A DNA stretch of 64,000 nucleotides from a virus. The position numbers were made by a program, and so were the translations under genes. The stretch's first letter is position 1, and each line of letters opens with the position of its first letter. The notes below the pieces were generated by a model, which was not told where the DNA came from, did not search any database, and saw only the letters and a list, made by a program, of their open reading frames with translations. The DNA is taken from the IMG/VR virus record IMGVR_UViG_3300004807_000021, positions 10,712 to 74,711 of that record, one strand, 5' to 3'. Positions 1 through 10,912 of the stretch are shown here, piece by piece.

Positions 1-340
1 TATACATATAAAGATCGCCACCGTAACGCACTATGTCGCCATACACATAAACTCTGTGAGGCGCCCAACCACGTTTGAACTGATTACCACGTACAATCAA
101 ACGGAAATATTGTGTTTCTAGATCAGGACGCTTGTCTACAAAATAAATTTCAGGAGTTCCAGTGTAAGAGGATTGTGTATTAACATCCTTTTCCATGGCA
201 ATTTTCCACTCGTCTTGAACGTCTTGCAAGCAAACATAAGCGGCATTGTTATATTGTACTATATCGTTCTTTTTGTACAGTGTAGATGATTGCCATTGGC
301 CTCTGTAGCTAAATTTGAATTGAGAAACGGTTAATCCCAT
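1..340 (-). CDS. Tail-fibre/RBP-cassette protein with W/Y repeat N-terminus (partial, runs off window start)
   Basis: Not in the ORF track. Hand translation from ATG at 340 (AGGA upstream) gives MGLTVSQFKFSYRGQWQSSTLYKKNDIVQYNNAAYVCLQD...RGWAPHRVYVYGDIVRYGGDLYMY, open to position 1. Same N-terminal motif as the three neighbouring fibre genes. Confidence 0.8.
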   Translation of the reverse strand, partial: MGLTVSQFKFSYRGQWQSSTLYKKNDIVQYNNAAYVCLQDVQDEWKIAMEKDVNTQSSYTGTPEIYFVDKRPDLETQYFRLIVRGNQFKRGWAPHRVYVYGDIVRYGGDLYMY

Positions 341-352
341 GATGTTGTCCTG

Positions 353-754
353 TTAAAATCCTAGATTACTTAGGTAATCGTCGTGTTCTTTTTTAAGTGC
401 TGTTAGTGTATCTATAGTATATTTATCGCCAACTGCTAAGTTGGTTAATACTGTAAATAGATCCATGGTCAGCTTGCTTTTAATATCTTGTAATTCTTCT
501 CTTACTACCCATAGTTTGTCTTTTACTGAATCAAGGTAGGCTTTGTCTGCTGGATCAGTGACATCGTATATTTTCATTTGAAATTTTTCATCGTTGTCAG
601 CTGGTATTACCACAGCAGTATCAAAACTATAAAACTCCTTGTCGTCCACAGTGCCAAGCAATTTATAACTGACTTTAGGAATAAATCCGTCAAGATGTTC
701 AGCATCTTGAAAGCCAGTTAAATCTCCAGTAATGTGACTAAGAATTTTTCTCAT
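353..754 (-). CDS. Hypothetical protein, possibly a tail-fibre assembly/chaperone-like protein
   Basis: ORF track gives 353..766. ATG at 754 (MRKILSH) sits just after the upstream stop and is the likelier start. Small acidic protein between fibre genes; function inferred from position only. Confidence 0.55.
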   Translation of the reverse strand: MRKILSHITGDLTGFQDAEHLDGFIPKVSYKLLGTVDDKEFYSFDTAVVIPADNDEKFQMKIYDVTDPADKAYLDSVKDKLWVVREELQDIKSKLTMDLFTVLTNLAVGDKYTIDTLTALKKEHDDYLSNLGF

Positions 755-755
755 G

Positions 756-3206
756 TTACCTTGCATATTGTATGTTAGTTGGCATGAATACGCCTAGGCC
801 TTGTGTGCCGCCGCTAACGTTCAATAGGAATCCTGTAAAAGACATACTATCTGCTGTAGTTACAGCCACGTTACCGTTGCCTTCGCCCCAAGCAAATACT
901 TGGCCACTATCAGCTATAGCAAACATGGCATGTGGATAACTTTGATCAGTGTTGCCCCAACCGCTAGGCATAAGTTGTACTAGCTTGGTTCCAGGTGGAA
1001 CATAAGTTGATACTGGATAGTATGTGCTACCACTTTCGTCAACTGGATTAGATGTACCGCCAGGAACGCCAGGGTTGCCTAGTTCGCCATAGTAATTATA
1101 GCCTTGGCTGAATACTTTGCCGGAAGCAGTTAAAAATGTAATGGTTCTGTAAGCGCCTGAACTGGCAAGATGTATAAACACATCTACCACGTTTACAATT
1201 CCTTGACTGCTACCTAATGTTAATGCTAGAGGATTATTTGTTGATGTTATCAACTGTCCAGTAGCAGGTGTAGTAGCACTGCTATAACCCAGTGTGTTAT
1301 TTCCAGAAGTTAAAGTAGAACTAGCGCCACAGATATAAGTTTGGCCGTTTACAGCTCTTACAACGTTTTGTACAAACGCAGAGTTATCACTACTCCATAA
1401 TAGCCAAAAGTTTGTGATAGAACCGTTGATACCAATTGTTGATTTAGTTAATTGTGTTCTGGTAGAAGCAATAGCATTACCAGAAGCTCCGTATGCATCT
1501 GCACCAGTTTGCCACAAGAAACCTTGACCATCTAGTAACATAAACGTAGCATTAGAACCTACGTTGGCTGCTTGCCATTTGGTAATACCAAGACTAGTAG
1601 TCGGTGTCCAGTTTGTCATTTGTGTTGGACGATATCTAGTGTTAGTATCGTTAGTACCCAATTGGCTTGCGGCATTATAGCCCCATGCATACAAGTTGTT
1701 CTGAGCTGTACGTGCATAACTAACGCCTGAACCTGCTGGGCCCATTGCCAATATGTCTATCACACGCTCGTTATTGAAATATGTACGTGGCAAACGTTGT
1801 GCGGTCCACATATCACTTGTGGTACCTAATCCCAATTGACCTACGTTGTTTGCACCCCAAGTCCATACGTTACCTTGATCATCTAATGCTAATACATGGT
1901 GTGCATCACTAGCTGGGCCATAAGGAGCTGAAATTTTAATAATTTTTACATCGTTAAGACCAATTACACGCTTAGGCATACCAATATTAGTGTTATCACC
2001 TGTACCCAAGTATCCTTGTGAATTGTTTCCGTTGCCCCAAACTTCACCGTTATTAAACAAATAGTGAGCCCACTGATATCCAGCTTCGATTTGGATGCAA
2101 CGTGGCGGCATACCATCTGGGGTAACTAGACGGCCTGGACCGCCATTATCACGACTGTTCCACCAATCAGCATGATTGAATGTTATTTCTTGCGGGAAAC
2201 TAATTTGTATAGGAGCAGTACCGTTACCGCCGTTAGCTGTGTTATTTAATCCGTTATTATAAGTATCGCCAGTGCCGTGTTGATACACGCGACCAGAACG
2301 ACTGATCCACTTCATACTTTTACTATGATTACCGTTACCGCTGTTTCCGTGTGGATAAGGCCAGTTGATTGGTCCTTTGTTCATAAACCAGCCCACACTA
2401 TTGTGTTCTGTTCTACGATCTCCGTTAACCAATAGCATCCAGTTATGCCCAGCACTGCCAGTTATAGGATTAGTTGGGAATGATCCAATTGAATCTGCAA
2501 GAGCTAGATAAGTTGCTCCTTGATATTCTACTATATCGTTATAGTAGTACTGTGTAATTGCATTATAGGCTCCTTGGAATCTATAGCCAGAAGTCAACTG
2601 ATCCCAATACTGATATCCTCTAAATGACGGAGTCACAGTAATTGCTGGTTTAGGAGTTAAAGCGGCTCCGCCATATCCTGTATCAGTAGCTGAGAAATAA
2701 TATAAAGTACCAACCAAAGAGCTAGGTAAAATTACATCTAATACACCATCAATGCCAGGAGTTCCATTATATTGATATGTATAAGTTGTAGAACTAGTGC
2801 TTAGTTCTACACCGTTAGTTCCAAAATAACCATCTGCTGTAGTTGATAAAGCAAATCTGTGTGTAAGATTGCTGTTATCTTTCTGATAAAATCTATAGTG
2901 AACGTTAGCATATAATGTTAAACTTGGGTAAGCTCTACCGTCTATAAAAAAGTAGTTAACGTTACTGACGGTTCCTACAGTTACATAAAACACGTTGATT
3001 TCATTTGCATCCACTGTTTTTGACAAAACATTTGAACGATCTCTTTTACCTGGGCTAAATTCAGTGCTTGTGCCAACACCGTGACCTTGGGTACAAATCC
3101 AAACAGCGCCGTTGTATGCCACAATATCGTTGGGCAAATAGCTGTTGCTAGGACTCCAAGTACCTCTCCAAAGTTGTTTAATTTTTCCTAAATCTAATGT
3201 TGACAT
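756..3206 (-). CDS. Tail-associated receptor-binding protein with RCC1/BLIP-II-like beta-propeller
   Basis: 816 aa. N-terminal LGKIKQLWRGTW..Y..NDIV.YNGAVWIC module, then repeated G.VW.WG.N..GQLG.G motifs typical of RCC1 repeats. Confidence 0.75.
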   Translation of the reverse strand: MSTLDLGKIKQLWRGTWSPSNSYLPNDIVAYNGAVWICTQGHGVGTSTEFSPGKRDRSNVLSKTVDANEINVFYVTVGTVSNVNYFFIDGRAYPSLTLYANVHYRFYQKDNSNLTHRFALSTTADGYFGTNGVELSTSSTTYTYQYNGTPGIDGVLDVILPSSLVGTLYYFSATDTGYGGAALTPKPAITVTPSFRGYQYWDQLTSGYRFQGAYNAITQYYYNDIVEYQGATYLALADSIGSFPTNPITGSAGHNWMLLVNGDRRTEHNSVGWFMNKGPINWPYPHGNSGNGNHSKSMKWISRSGRVYQHGTGDTYNNGLNNTANGGNGTAPIQISFPQEITFNHADWWNSRDNGGPGRLVTPDGMPPRCIQIEAGYQWAHYLFNNGEVWGNGNNSQGYLGTGDNTNIGMPKRVIGLNDVKIIKISAPYGPASDAHHVLALDDQGNVWTWGANNVGQLGLGTTSDMWTAQRLPRTYFNNERVIDILAMGPAGSGVSYARTAQNNLYAWGYNAASQLGTNDTNTRYRPTQMTNWTPTTSLGITKWQAANVGSNATFMLLDGQGFLWQTGADAYGASGNAIASTRTQLTKSTIGINGSITNFWLLWSSDNSAFVQNVVRAVNGQTYICGASSTLTSGNNTLGYSSATTPATGQLITSTNNPLALTLGSSQGIVNVVDVFIHLASSGAYRTITFLTASGKVFSQGYNYYGELGNPGVPGGTSNPVDESGSTYYPVSTYVPPGTKLVQLMPSGWGNTDQSYPHAMFAIADSGQVFAWGEGNGNVAVTTADSMSFTGFLLNVSGGTQGLGVFMPTNIQYAR

Positions 3207-3217
3207 TTTTATTTTCC

Positions 3218-6200
3218 TTAATCAGTCAGTGGTATAGTCATGGATTCTGCGTTGGCAAAGTTACTAGCATAGGTAGTGTACACTTGTCCGAACACGTTTA
3301 CAGTAGTACCAGTTGCCGCACTGGCTGCCGATCCAGACAACATCAATCTTCCATCTTTATTAACCCATACTAACCATTTGTATGCATCGCCTGGGCCTGC
3401 ATATCCCATGCAATTATCCATGTAGCCCTGCATGCCTGGAGCACTACGCAGTGGCTGCCATGCAAATGAGTTTACAATTTCAATACCGTTGGCATCACTA
3501 CCATTGGTACCGCCAAATGATGCTACGTTGGGTGCAGTTGATATTGCGCCGTATGATGCGTTTGGACCACTTCCGCTAAATCCAGTACTACATTGTCCGT
3601 AAAAATTATTACCTATACTAAAACTCATACCGTTGTCTAGTACTATGGTTGCTGAAACATAACTGTTCCAAGCACTAAACGCCAGTTGTTTTACGTTTGT
3701 AAGATTATAAAAACTTCCAGCAATATTAATTTTGCTAACTGTTGCTGTGCTGTTATTTGAAGTTACTAGACCAGTAGCTCCTAATTGTCCTTGTCCGTTA
3801 TATCCGCAAGTATAGCAAAGTCCTGTATTTTTATCACGTTGCATCATTGTAGTATAAGAACCGCCTGATCCGTATAACCACATGTCAACGCATGCACTGT
3901 TGGCCACAGTACCTGGGCCGCTACCTACTGGAGACCATTGAGGATTAGCTACAGTACCACTTCCTGCCCAGCCACTTGCATTGTTACCTGCTATGTAAAC
4001 TTGACCTGTACTGGTTAAAACAGCCGAGCAAGCATTTGTGGCTGCACTACCGGTAAAGTTGTCTGACACTTGTATTTTTACTATGGAACCTACTGCACCA
4101 CCACCAAACGGTGTGCTTGGAGCACCGGCTGTTGTAACTTGCACTGGTTGGAATCTGTTGGTTGTATCATTTAATCCTAATTGTCCACTTCCATTTGCGC
4201 CCCACGCCCACAAGTTGCCGTCCGCGGTTACAGCAAAACTCCAACCGTTAGTAGAAGCTCCACATGCCCAAATAGCTACAACCGATTGTCCTGGTCCAAC
4301 ACCGCCCACTGCAAATGCTGTTCTTGGCAACTGTTGTGGTATGCTATAGTTGGTTGTATTATTTGTTCCTGTAATGAAACCCACGCCCAACTGTCCGTTG
4401 TTGTTTGATCCCCATACCCACACGTTACCGTTCTCGTCAATTGCCATGCAATGACGTCTGCTATCAGCAAATCCGCAACCACCGCTCATACTGATACGTT
4501 TGATACGCACATTGCTAAACGCATGTCCAGCAGTTAAAATAGTACCAGTAGAATAAGTAGTTCCAGTTGCAGTTGTGTTAGCATTGACACTAACTAAAGA
4601 TCCGCCTACACGCACTGGATATGCTCTATTATTAGTAGATGCGTCTCCGTTTTCACCGCCTGTAGCACTGCCCCATGCAAATACTTCACCCGAATTCATT
4701 AATACTAGATTACCGTCATAACTTTTTTCCCACTGTATTACACGAGGTAAATTGTTATCTGGTGTTGAATGTACACCGTTTCCGCTATTACTAGCTGAAC
4801 GCCAGTAATCATAGAATGGAAATGATAATGCAGTTAATGCAAAAGCACTAGCACCGCTAGTTGCTTGTCCGCCTTGTGGAACACCTACGCTTCCGTTAAC
4901 ATCTAATCCCCATGACATAGCTTGACCATTGTAAGCTACGTATCCAAAACTAGGACTATCTGTAGTATTTTTAGTTGAACCATTATAATAGTTAGGACTG
5001 TTATCAAATGCAATGCCCCTGTTAGGCTGTACTAGTACTTGATAATTGTTGTTACCATACACACCAAGATTATAACCGCCCTGTGTACTGCTTGGTGCAA
5101 TTTGTGTACCCAACAATCCTCTACGTGTTACAGGAGTCCAATAAGCTGAATCTATAGGAGTGATAACTGGAGATGTTAAACTGGCAGTATGTGCTTGAAT
5201 ACAATAATATGCCTGTGTTACGGTTCTGCTTAAACTATAGTTACCAGCAATACTAGTCGGTACTGTTAACAAACTTGTAGGAGTAGCATAAACTACTGTG
5301 TCTCCTACGGAATAAGTTTGTCCGTTTGTCCATGTACCGTTGTTATTGAATAATTGTGTAAATGAAGTCCAGTATGCACTTCCTACTGCTGGAACTCCTG
5401 GTGCAACTGTTGTGTAAGTCAAATTGTTGGTAGGAGTAACTACTAACGAACTTAGTGTATAAACACCAGTTCCATTACCAGCGGCTGCCGCTGTAATGGT
5501 AGTAACGTTAGATGTGCTTGAAACTGTTCCTAAACTTCCGCTTTGCATGCTAAGTGTTGTAGTATTAGCATACGTCACTGTAGTAGAAGTACTAGTCAAT
5601 ACTACAAATGTTCCGTTGTAGCCTAATGGAGTAATACCTTGCACAACAATGGTAGAACCGCTAGCAAATGGAGTGCCTGTTGATTGAATTGGAAATGTTA
5701 GTGTAGCAACTGAACCAGTGCCAGTTGCATTGGTTACAACTAACGGTGTTGTAGAACCTGCTATTACCTGGCCTACTGCTAAAGATCCGTATGCAACAAA
5801 AGATGTGCCTGTAATCAGTGCAGATCCTGAACTTACTGATCCAAATGTATAAGCTGTAAATGTTATGTAAGTGCCTGCTATAGCATTGGCGTAACTTGTT
5901 GATAGAGTTAATGTTGTTGCAGAAAGTACGTTACCAACAAAATATGTAGTTGCTGTTAACCCGCCACCAGCGTTTCCACTTACAACAAATCTGTTACCAG
6001 TTTGCAACCCTGCTGTACTGGCTACTGTTACAGTAGTTCCAGCTGATGTAGAAATAATGCTAGTTCCAGTCGATAGTGTGATTGGATTTAGTGATGTTAC
6101 TGTTAGGGTATAGTTAGTTTGACTACCTACAAACGATGCAGTTTGTGTTGGCTGTGTACATACCCATTGTTGTTGACGATATGTCACAATATCGTTTGCA

Positions 6201-6274
6201 ACATAGGCAGTAGACGGATTGAAATCACCTCTCCAATCCAGTCTTAATTTTCCTAAATTTATTGTTTGTGCCAT
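3218..6274 (-). CDS. Tail-associated receptor-binding protein with RCC1-like beta-propeller (paralog of 756..3206)
   Basis: 1018 aa. Same N-terminal module (LGKLRLDWRGDF..Y..NDIV.Y), Thr/Ser/Gly-rich stalk, RCC1 motifs GNVWVWGSNNNGQLG and GNLWAWGANGSGQLG. Confidence 0.75.
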   Translation of the reverse strand: MAQTINLGKLRLDWRGDFNPSTAYVANDIVTYRQQQWVCTQPTQTASFVGSQTNYTLTVTSLNPITLSTGTSIISTSAGTTVTVASTAGLQTGNRFVVSGNAGGGLTATTYFVGNVLSATTLTLSTSYANAIAGTYITFTAYTFGSVSSGSALITGTSFVAYGSLAVGQVIAGSTTPLVVTNATGTGSVATLTFPIQSTGTPFASGSTIVVQGITPLGYNGTFVVLTSTSTTVTYANTTTLSMQSGSLGTVSSTSNVTTITAAAAGNGTGVYTLSSLVVTPTNNLTYTTVAPGVPAVGSAYWTSFTQLFNNNGTWTNGQTYSVGDTVVYATPTSLLTVPTSIAGNYSLSRTVTQAYYCIQAHTASLTSPVITPIDSAYWTPVTRRGLLGTQIAPSSTQGGYNLGVYGNNNYQVLVQPNRGIAFDNSPNYYNGSTKNTTDSPSFGYVAYNGQAMSWGLDVNGSVGVPQGGQATSGASAFALTALSFPFYDYWRSASNSGNGVHSTPDNNLPRVIQWEKSYDGNLVLMNSGEVFAWGSATGGENGDASTNNRAYPVRVGGSLVSVNANTTATGTTYSTGTILTAGHAFSNVRIKRISMSGGCGFADSRRHCMAIDENGNVWVWGSNNNGQLGVGFITGTNNTTNYSIPQQLPRTAFAVGGVGPGQSVVAIWACGASTNGWSFAVTADGNLWAWGANGSGQLGLNDTTNRFQPVQVTTAGAPSTPFGGGAVGSIVKIQVSDNFTGSAATNACSAVLTSTGQVYIAGNNASGWAGSGTVANPQWSPVGSGPGTVANSACVDMWLYGSGGSYTTMMQRDKNTGLCYTCGYNGQGQLGATGLVTSNNSTATVSKINIAGSFYNLTNVKQLAFSAWNSYVSATIVLDNGMSFSIGNNFYGQCSTGFSGSGPNASYGAISTAPNVASFGGTNGSDANGIEIVNSFAWQPLRSAPGMQGYMDNCMGYAGPGDAYKWLVWVNKDGRLMLSGSAASAATGTTVNVFGQVYTTYASNFANAESMTIPLTD

Positions 6275-6287
6275 GCTATTATCCTAA

Positions 6288-9200
6288 TTAGTATGTGAGT
6301 TGTAAGTTACCAGTCGCGTTATTTATTAACAAGTTTGTTCCACGAGACACCATTGCATAATCAACATACGATGATGCATCTACTAGAGATGCGGTACCTC
6401 CAGCATCATTAACCCATATCAAGTTGCCGTTTACATCCACTGCTAGTGAATGTACGTTTTCTCTAGTACCTTGATCCACATAGTCTTTATTAGCCAATAC
6501 TGCATAAGACTGTGTTTGAATTTGAGCATTAGTGTAGTTGTAGTTAGTTAAACTATTAAATTGTACCGCTCCCACTCCGTCTGGTGCAAATACAATGTCT
6601 GAACCAGTGCCCGGTGAACTACTGATAATGTTATTTTGAATATAAACCTTACCAGCTGTCAACACGTTAACTTGTAAATTGTTACTACCAGAACCTAACT
6701 GGCTACTGATGTATGTTCTGATTGCTTTTTGTGTTGGTACTATGGCATCGCTGTTTGCACTTAGTGTTCCGTCTGTTGAGAACTGGCTTACAAATGCTCC
6801 AGTTGTACCCAACTGCAAACTGTTCAAACCTGCCAAATTAAACGCACTTACGTTCAATGTAGCTTGTCCAGTTGCTTGGTTAATCTTAAACAAATCACCA
6901 ACGCTAAAGTTACCGTCTTGGTCAGTACTGGTGTAGAACACACGACCATTATTTTGTCCCAAGTGCTGATTAGCTGTAATATACGAAGCTGTGTTTACAC
7001 TAGGATATGCTGTGCTGGCAAAGTTACCAGTACCAATAGCCAGATAATCATGTCCTGTCAAACGTATTTGACTGAATTTTTGGTATACTGTAGCAGTTGC
7101 GCCTTGTGTTAGTGGATTTGTAGTTGAAACTGATGAACCAACTGTTACATTACACTTACCAGTTCCTGCTGTATAGCTGTTAGTTGATACAACTAGGAAC
7201 GGAGCTGCCTGACCGCTGATAATAATAATGCTTCCAACACGCGGTGCTTGACTGAATCCTAAGAAATTCAATACATTTCCAGTTTGTGCAATATTTGCAT
7301 AACCTGTAGCATCTGATATACTTGTAGCTAGACCAACTTGGTTGAATACAATATATCCAGCTCCTCTGTTTGTATACGTTACACTACTAATTGCTCCACT
7401 TAGAATTTGTGGAGTAAATGTTGCACCAGAACCTTGTGGGTCTGTGACTGTAAATGTTGGAGTACCGGTATAACCAGCACCACCATTAAGAATATAAACA
7501 CCTGCAAAAGTAAATGTACTTGGATCAATATTAGCTCTTACCACAGCTTGAGTGCTATATCCACCACCGACTATAGTAACTTCAGGAAGAATAGTATACT
7601 GACTAGAAGCATCTAGTGCTGTAACAATGCCAGCGCCAGTTACTAGTGTTTCCCATCCTTGCGCACCAGCAGTTGTTTGAACATACACTACTTTAGTGGT
7701 GCCGCTTGGAGTATCTACCAAATAGCTATTGGCAATAATACCTGTTTGCCCTGCACCTGTACCACTAACGATAGTGATACGCATGCCTTGATATTGATTA
7801 TTTGCTGTTGCTTTGTCTGTTGCGGCTAGTGCAAACCACACACCGCTTGAACTTGTTCCGCCGTTACGTCCTGTACCAGCAACAAATTGATATCCAGAAC
7901 CTGGACTTGTTACAACCACGTGGCTAAGTGCATTGCTAGTAATAACACCTGATACACTGGCATTGGTACCGTTTGTAGGAGCCGAGTCTAAACTGATTGT
8001 TGGATTTGTGTAGGCTTGTCCACAGTAGTTCCAATAGATAGCTAGAATTTGTCCATTACCTACTAGAATGTTTCCAATTTGTGCGCTGTTGGCCAAGTTG
8101 TTAACTGTACCTGGGTATCCAACATCGGTTGGATCTGTGTCGGCAGCAACATCACCATAAGTACCATAACTGTTATTACCGTTAGTAGCACGTAGTACAC
8201 CACCTGACTGGCAAAGATAACCAATGTAAGCATAATAAGTGAACACGCTAACTGCTTCGCAACGGCCGCCATTAAGACACATGATACCGATACCGTCATC
8301 GATGACTTGTGTGAAATCGTTACATACCATAGAAATAGTACCAGTACGATTTTGATCTAATCCGTTAATATATAATCCTACTGCCTTGCTTCCAAATGTT
8401 GAACAATTTTGAATATAAGGACTCTTGCTAGTGATAGATCCGTTTGGATCTAGTGCGCAATAAGCACCACTGGCTGTTGCACTAGGCCATGTACCAACTG
8501 TCAAACGTTGAATACCTGATCCGCCTGTTGTATCGCCTGCAAGATATGGAGTACCTGTAAATTGACCTGTCAATCCGCCCATTGTCATATTACGAAGTAC
8601 GCAGGCTTGATTTAGCAAGAACATTCTTGAACGGTTATTTGGAGTAACCCCATCTGAACTTAGACCAGCGGCTGGCTGTACAATGGTTGTACGCAATTCG
8701 TCGCCTACTAAACTAACGTATGCTGGCACTGTGATTGGCAATAGTTCGCTGTATGTACCTGTTTTGATAAAAATAGTAACTGGCGAAGTACTAGTTGCTA
8801 CACTGGCAGCTTGAATACAAGCGTAACGAATAGTTGCAAAAGGTCTATCTATTGTGCGACCATAACTAGTTCCGTCTGATCCCGATGTGGCGCTAACATA
8901 AAAAATGTTGCTGATATATCCATACTCGCCCCAACGCGGTTGCATTGTGGTATCGCCCTGTGTACGAGCTTTTAATACATAACCGTCTAATACTGCACTA
9001 CCTGATTGTGTACCGTTGGCCATGTGTAGGCCAGTAACTGTACCATCGCTATAGCGATAGGCCAAGTCACCAATTTCAGTTAGTGTTGCACCAACACCGC
9101 CTTGACCAATAATTTGCCAATAAACTGAATTAGGAGGAGATACGTTACTGCTGATACCAGTAGCCACGTATGTAGAACTAGTATTAAGAACTACGTCACC

Positions 9201-10283
9201 TGGATAGTAAATGCCTGCCACAGTACCTGTACTTGAAGTATATGTACCAGGTGTGCTTGATATTTGATATTGAACTTGTGTATTTGAACCTGTACCTGAA
9301 ACTACGAATACACCGTTATATGATCCTGTTGTACTAGATACACCAGTAACTACAATGTTAGTTCCTACAGTAAATGGTGTGCTAGATTGTGTAGCAAATG
9401 TCAAAGTAACTGTGCTACCACTGCGAGTTGCATTGGTAACAGTTAGTGCTTTTGCATAAGCACCGCGATGGTTGAAACCTTTTACAATTAATGACCAGTA
9501 AGCAGAATTAACGCCAGTTCCTTGAACATATGGTTGTTGATTTGTACAATCTTGTACGCAAACATAAGTCCAGCCACCAAATGTAACTACATGACCTGTT
9601 TTATAAGCAGTTGCTAAATTCCAATCACCTTGTTGGCTGTAGCCTGTTGTAACCACACTCCAATATGATACTGCTGTACTAGGAGTTTGATTTACGTTAA
9701 CTGATATTGCGTTGTAAACATAACCGCCATAAGTAACTTGGTCACCAATTGCGTATGTTGTTGAACTATTCCAAGTGTTAACGTACTCTAAGCCTTGAAC
9801 AAAAATTGTCCAGTTAGATAAGTCTGAACTAAAAGCAGAACTAGAAAGATTAGCTGTAGTACAAATATAAATGTCAGCACCATACTTAACTAAATCGTTA
9901 ATATAATATTGTGTGCTGGCAGTCCATGTATTACGGAATTTAACACCTGGGCTATATAGTACCCAGTTGCTGATGTCACTTAACCAAGTACTGGCACTGG
10001 TATGTGCAGTTGTACAATAGTAAACGTTTCCGTTAACTGTGACAAGATCACCAGGATTAAACCCTGTGCTAGCGGACCAACCACCTGTAACAAAATTTGT
10101 ACCACCGGCCATTTTTTGCCAGTTAGCTTGATCTGTTGCAAATGATGAACTGCTGGTGTATGCGTTGATACACATGTAGCTAACGCCACCAACAATGACC
10201 ACGTCATCTTTGTAGTATGGTGTACTAGCCTGCCATGGGCCTTTCCATACAAATTTGATCCTACCTAGTTTGAATTCTGCCAT
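6288..10283 (-). CDS. Large tail-fibre/tailspike-like structural protein
   Basis: 1331 aa. About six tandem W.....Y..GD.V..GG..Y.C repeats (CBM5/12-like), a FYVS...GSD...G....PF.TI..A / IFIKTGTYSE motif typical of beta-helix tailspike starts, and G.GY...P beta modules. Confidence 0.7.
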   Translation of the reverse strand: MAEFKLGRIKFVWKGPWQASTPYYKDDVVIVGGVSYMCINAYTSSSSFATDQANWQKMAGGTNFVTGGWSASTGFNPGDLVTVNGNVYYCTTAHTSASTWLSDISNWVLYSPGVKFRNTWTASTQYYINDLVKYGADIYICTTANLSSSAFSSDLSNWTIFVQGLEYVNTWNSSTTYAIGDQVTYGGYVYNAISVNVNQTPSTAVSYWSVVTTGYSQQGDWNLATAYKTGHVVTFGGWTYVCVQDCTNQQPYVQGTGVNSAYWSLIVKGFNHRGAYAKALTVTNATRSGSTVTLTFATQSSTPFTVGTNIVVTGVSSTTGSYNGVFVVSGTGSNTQVQYQISSTPGTYTSSTGTVAGIYYPGDVVLNTSSTYVATGISSNVSPPNSVYWQIIGQGGVGATLTEIGDLAYRYSDGTVTGLHMANGTQSGSAVLDGYVLKARTQGDTTMQPRWGEYGYISNIFYVSATSGSDGTSYGRTIDRPFATIRYACIQAASVATSTSPVTIFIKTGTYSELLPITVPAYVSLVGDELRTTIVQPAAGLSSDGVTPNNRSRMFLLNQACVLRNMTMGGLTGQFTGTPYLAGDTTGGSGIQRLTVGTWPSATASGAYCALDPNGSITSKSPYIQNCSTFGSKAVGLYINGLDQNRTGTISMVCNDFTQVIDDGIGIMCLNGGRCEAVSVFTYYAYIGYLCQSGGVLRATNGNNSYGTYGDVAADTDPTDVGYPGTVNNLANSAQIGNILVGNGQILAIYWNYCGQAYTNPTISLDSAPTNGTNASVSGVITSNALSHVVVTSPGSGYQFVAGTGRNGGTSSSGVWFALAATDKATANNQYQGMRITIVSGTGAGQTGIIANSYLVDTPSGTTKVVYVQTTAGAQGWETLVTGAGIVTALDASSQYTILPEVTIVGGGYSTQAVVRANIDPSTFTFAGVYILNGGAGYTGTPTFTVTDPQGSGATFTPQILSGAISSVTYTNRGAGYIVFNQVGLATSISDATGYANIAQTGNVLNFLGFSQAPRVGSIIIISGQAAPFLVVSTNSYTAGTGKCNVTVGSSVSTTNPLTQGATATVYQKFSQIRLTGHDYLAIGTGNFASTAYPSVNTASYITANQHLGQNNGRVFYTSTDQDGNFSVGDLFKINQATGQATLNVSAFNLAGLNSLQLGTTGAFVSQFSTDGTLSANSDAIVPTQKAIRTYISSQLGSGSNNLQVNVLTAGKVYIQNNIISSSPGTGSDIVFAPDGVGAVQFNSLTNYNYTNAQIQTQSYAVLANKDYVDQGTRENVHSLAVDVNGNLIWVNDAGGTASLVDASSYVDYAMVSRGTNLLINNATGNLQLTY

Positions 10284-10302
10284 TTTTTATTCCTCGATGT
10301 CT

Positions 10303-10308
10303 TATTTA
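10303..10308 (-). promoter_or_regulatory. T4-type late promoter core TAAATA
   Basis: Minus-strand AATAAATA about 20 nt upstream of the 10283 start, with a GAGGA RBS in between. Confidence 0.65.
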
Positions 10309-10333
10309 TTCATACTTAATGAACTAAATTAGC

Positions 10334-10903
10334 TTATGCTATGGTCCCCATATCTATTGCGTACAATGTACCTTCTATGTCACTTACTGTGCTAAGATTG
10401 CTGGCGTTAATATTTTCTAAAGGATTGCCAGTACCAATTATAGTACCAAACGAATAGCCGTTAGCCAAAATATGTGCTACCGGATTGGCAGCCGCTGTGC
10501 TACCAGTTAACAATGTTTCTGCTAGAACTTGTGTAGTTACTCCAAACGCATAGTTATATGGAACATCAACTCTTACACTAAGTACTCCGTTGGCGTCAAC
10601 ATAATAATATAAATCGTCTGGGCTCCATTTATACTGTTCAAAGTTAAGTCCAGAATAGTTAGGCATATGAGTTGTGCCGTCTACTCCTTCAAAGAAATCC
10701 ACACCTTGCTCAAGATTGTCATAAAATCCAGTGGTGTTTAAGGTAGTTAAGTCTTCTAGGCTAACTGGATCAGGATCTGAGTCTAGATTAATCTTGGTAA
10801 CTTTTAAGAAACCATCAGCTGTTCTATTCATGCCATAGAAGTATCTAGCAGTCTGATTAAAGAACTCTTCTGGTGTTTGACCTAGATAAAAATTATTTGC
10901 CAT
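10334..10903 (-). CDS. Hypothetical virion structural protein
   Basis: 189-aa ORF with AGGA RBS, inside the tightly packed structural operon. Confidence 0.55.
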   Translation of the reverse strand: MANNFYLGQTPEEFFNQTARYFYGMNRTADGFLKVTKINLDSDPDPVSLEDLTTLNTTGFYDNLEQGVDFFEGVDGTTHMPNYSGLNFEQYKWSPDDLYYYVDANGVLSVRVDVPYNYAFGVTTQVLAETLLTGSTAAANPVAHILANGYSFGTIIGTGNPLENINASNLSTVSDIEGTLYAIDMGTIA

Positions 10904-10912
10904 ATACTATCC

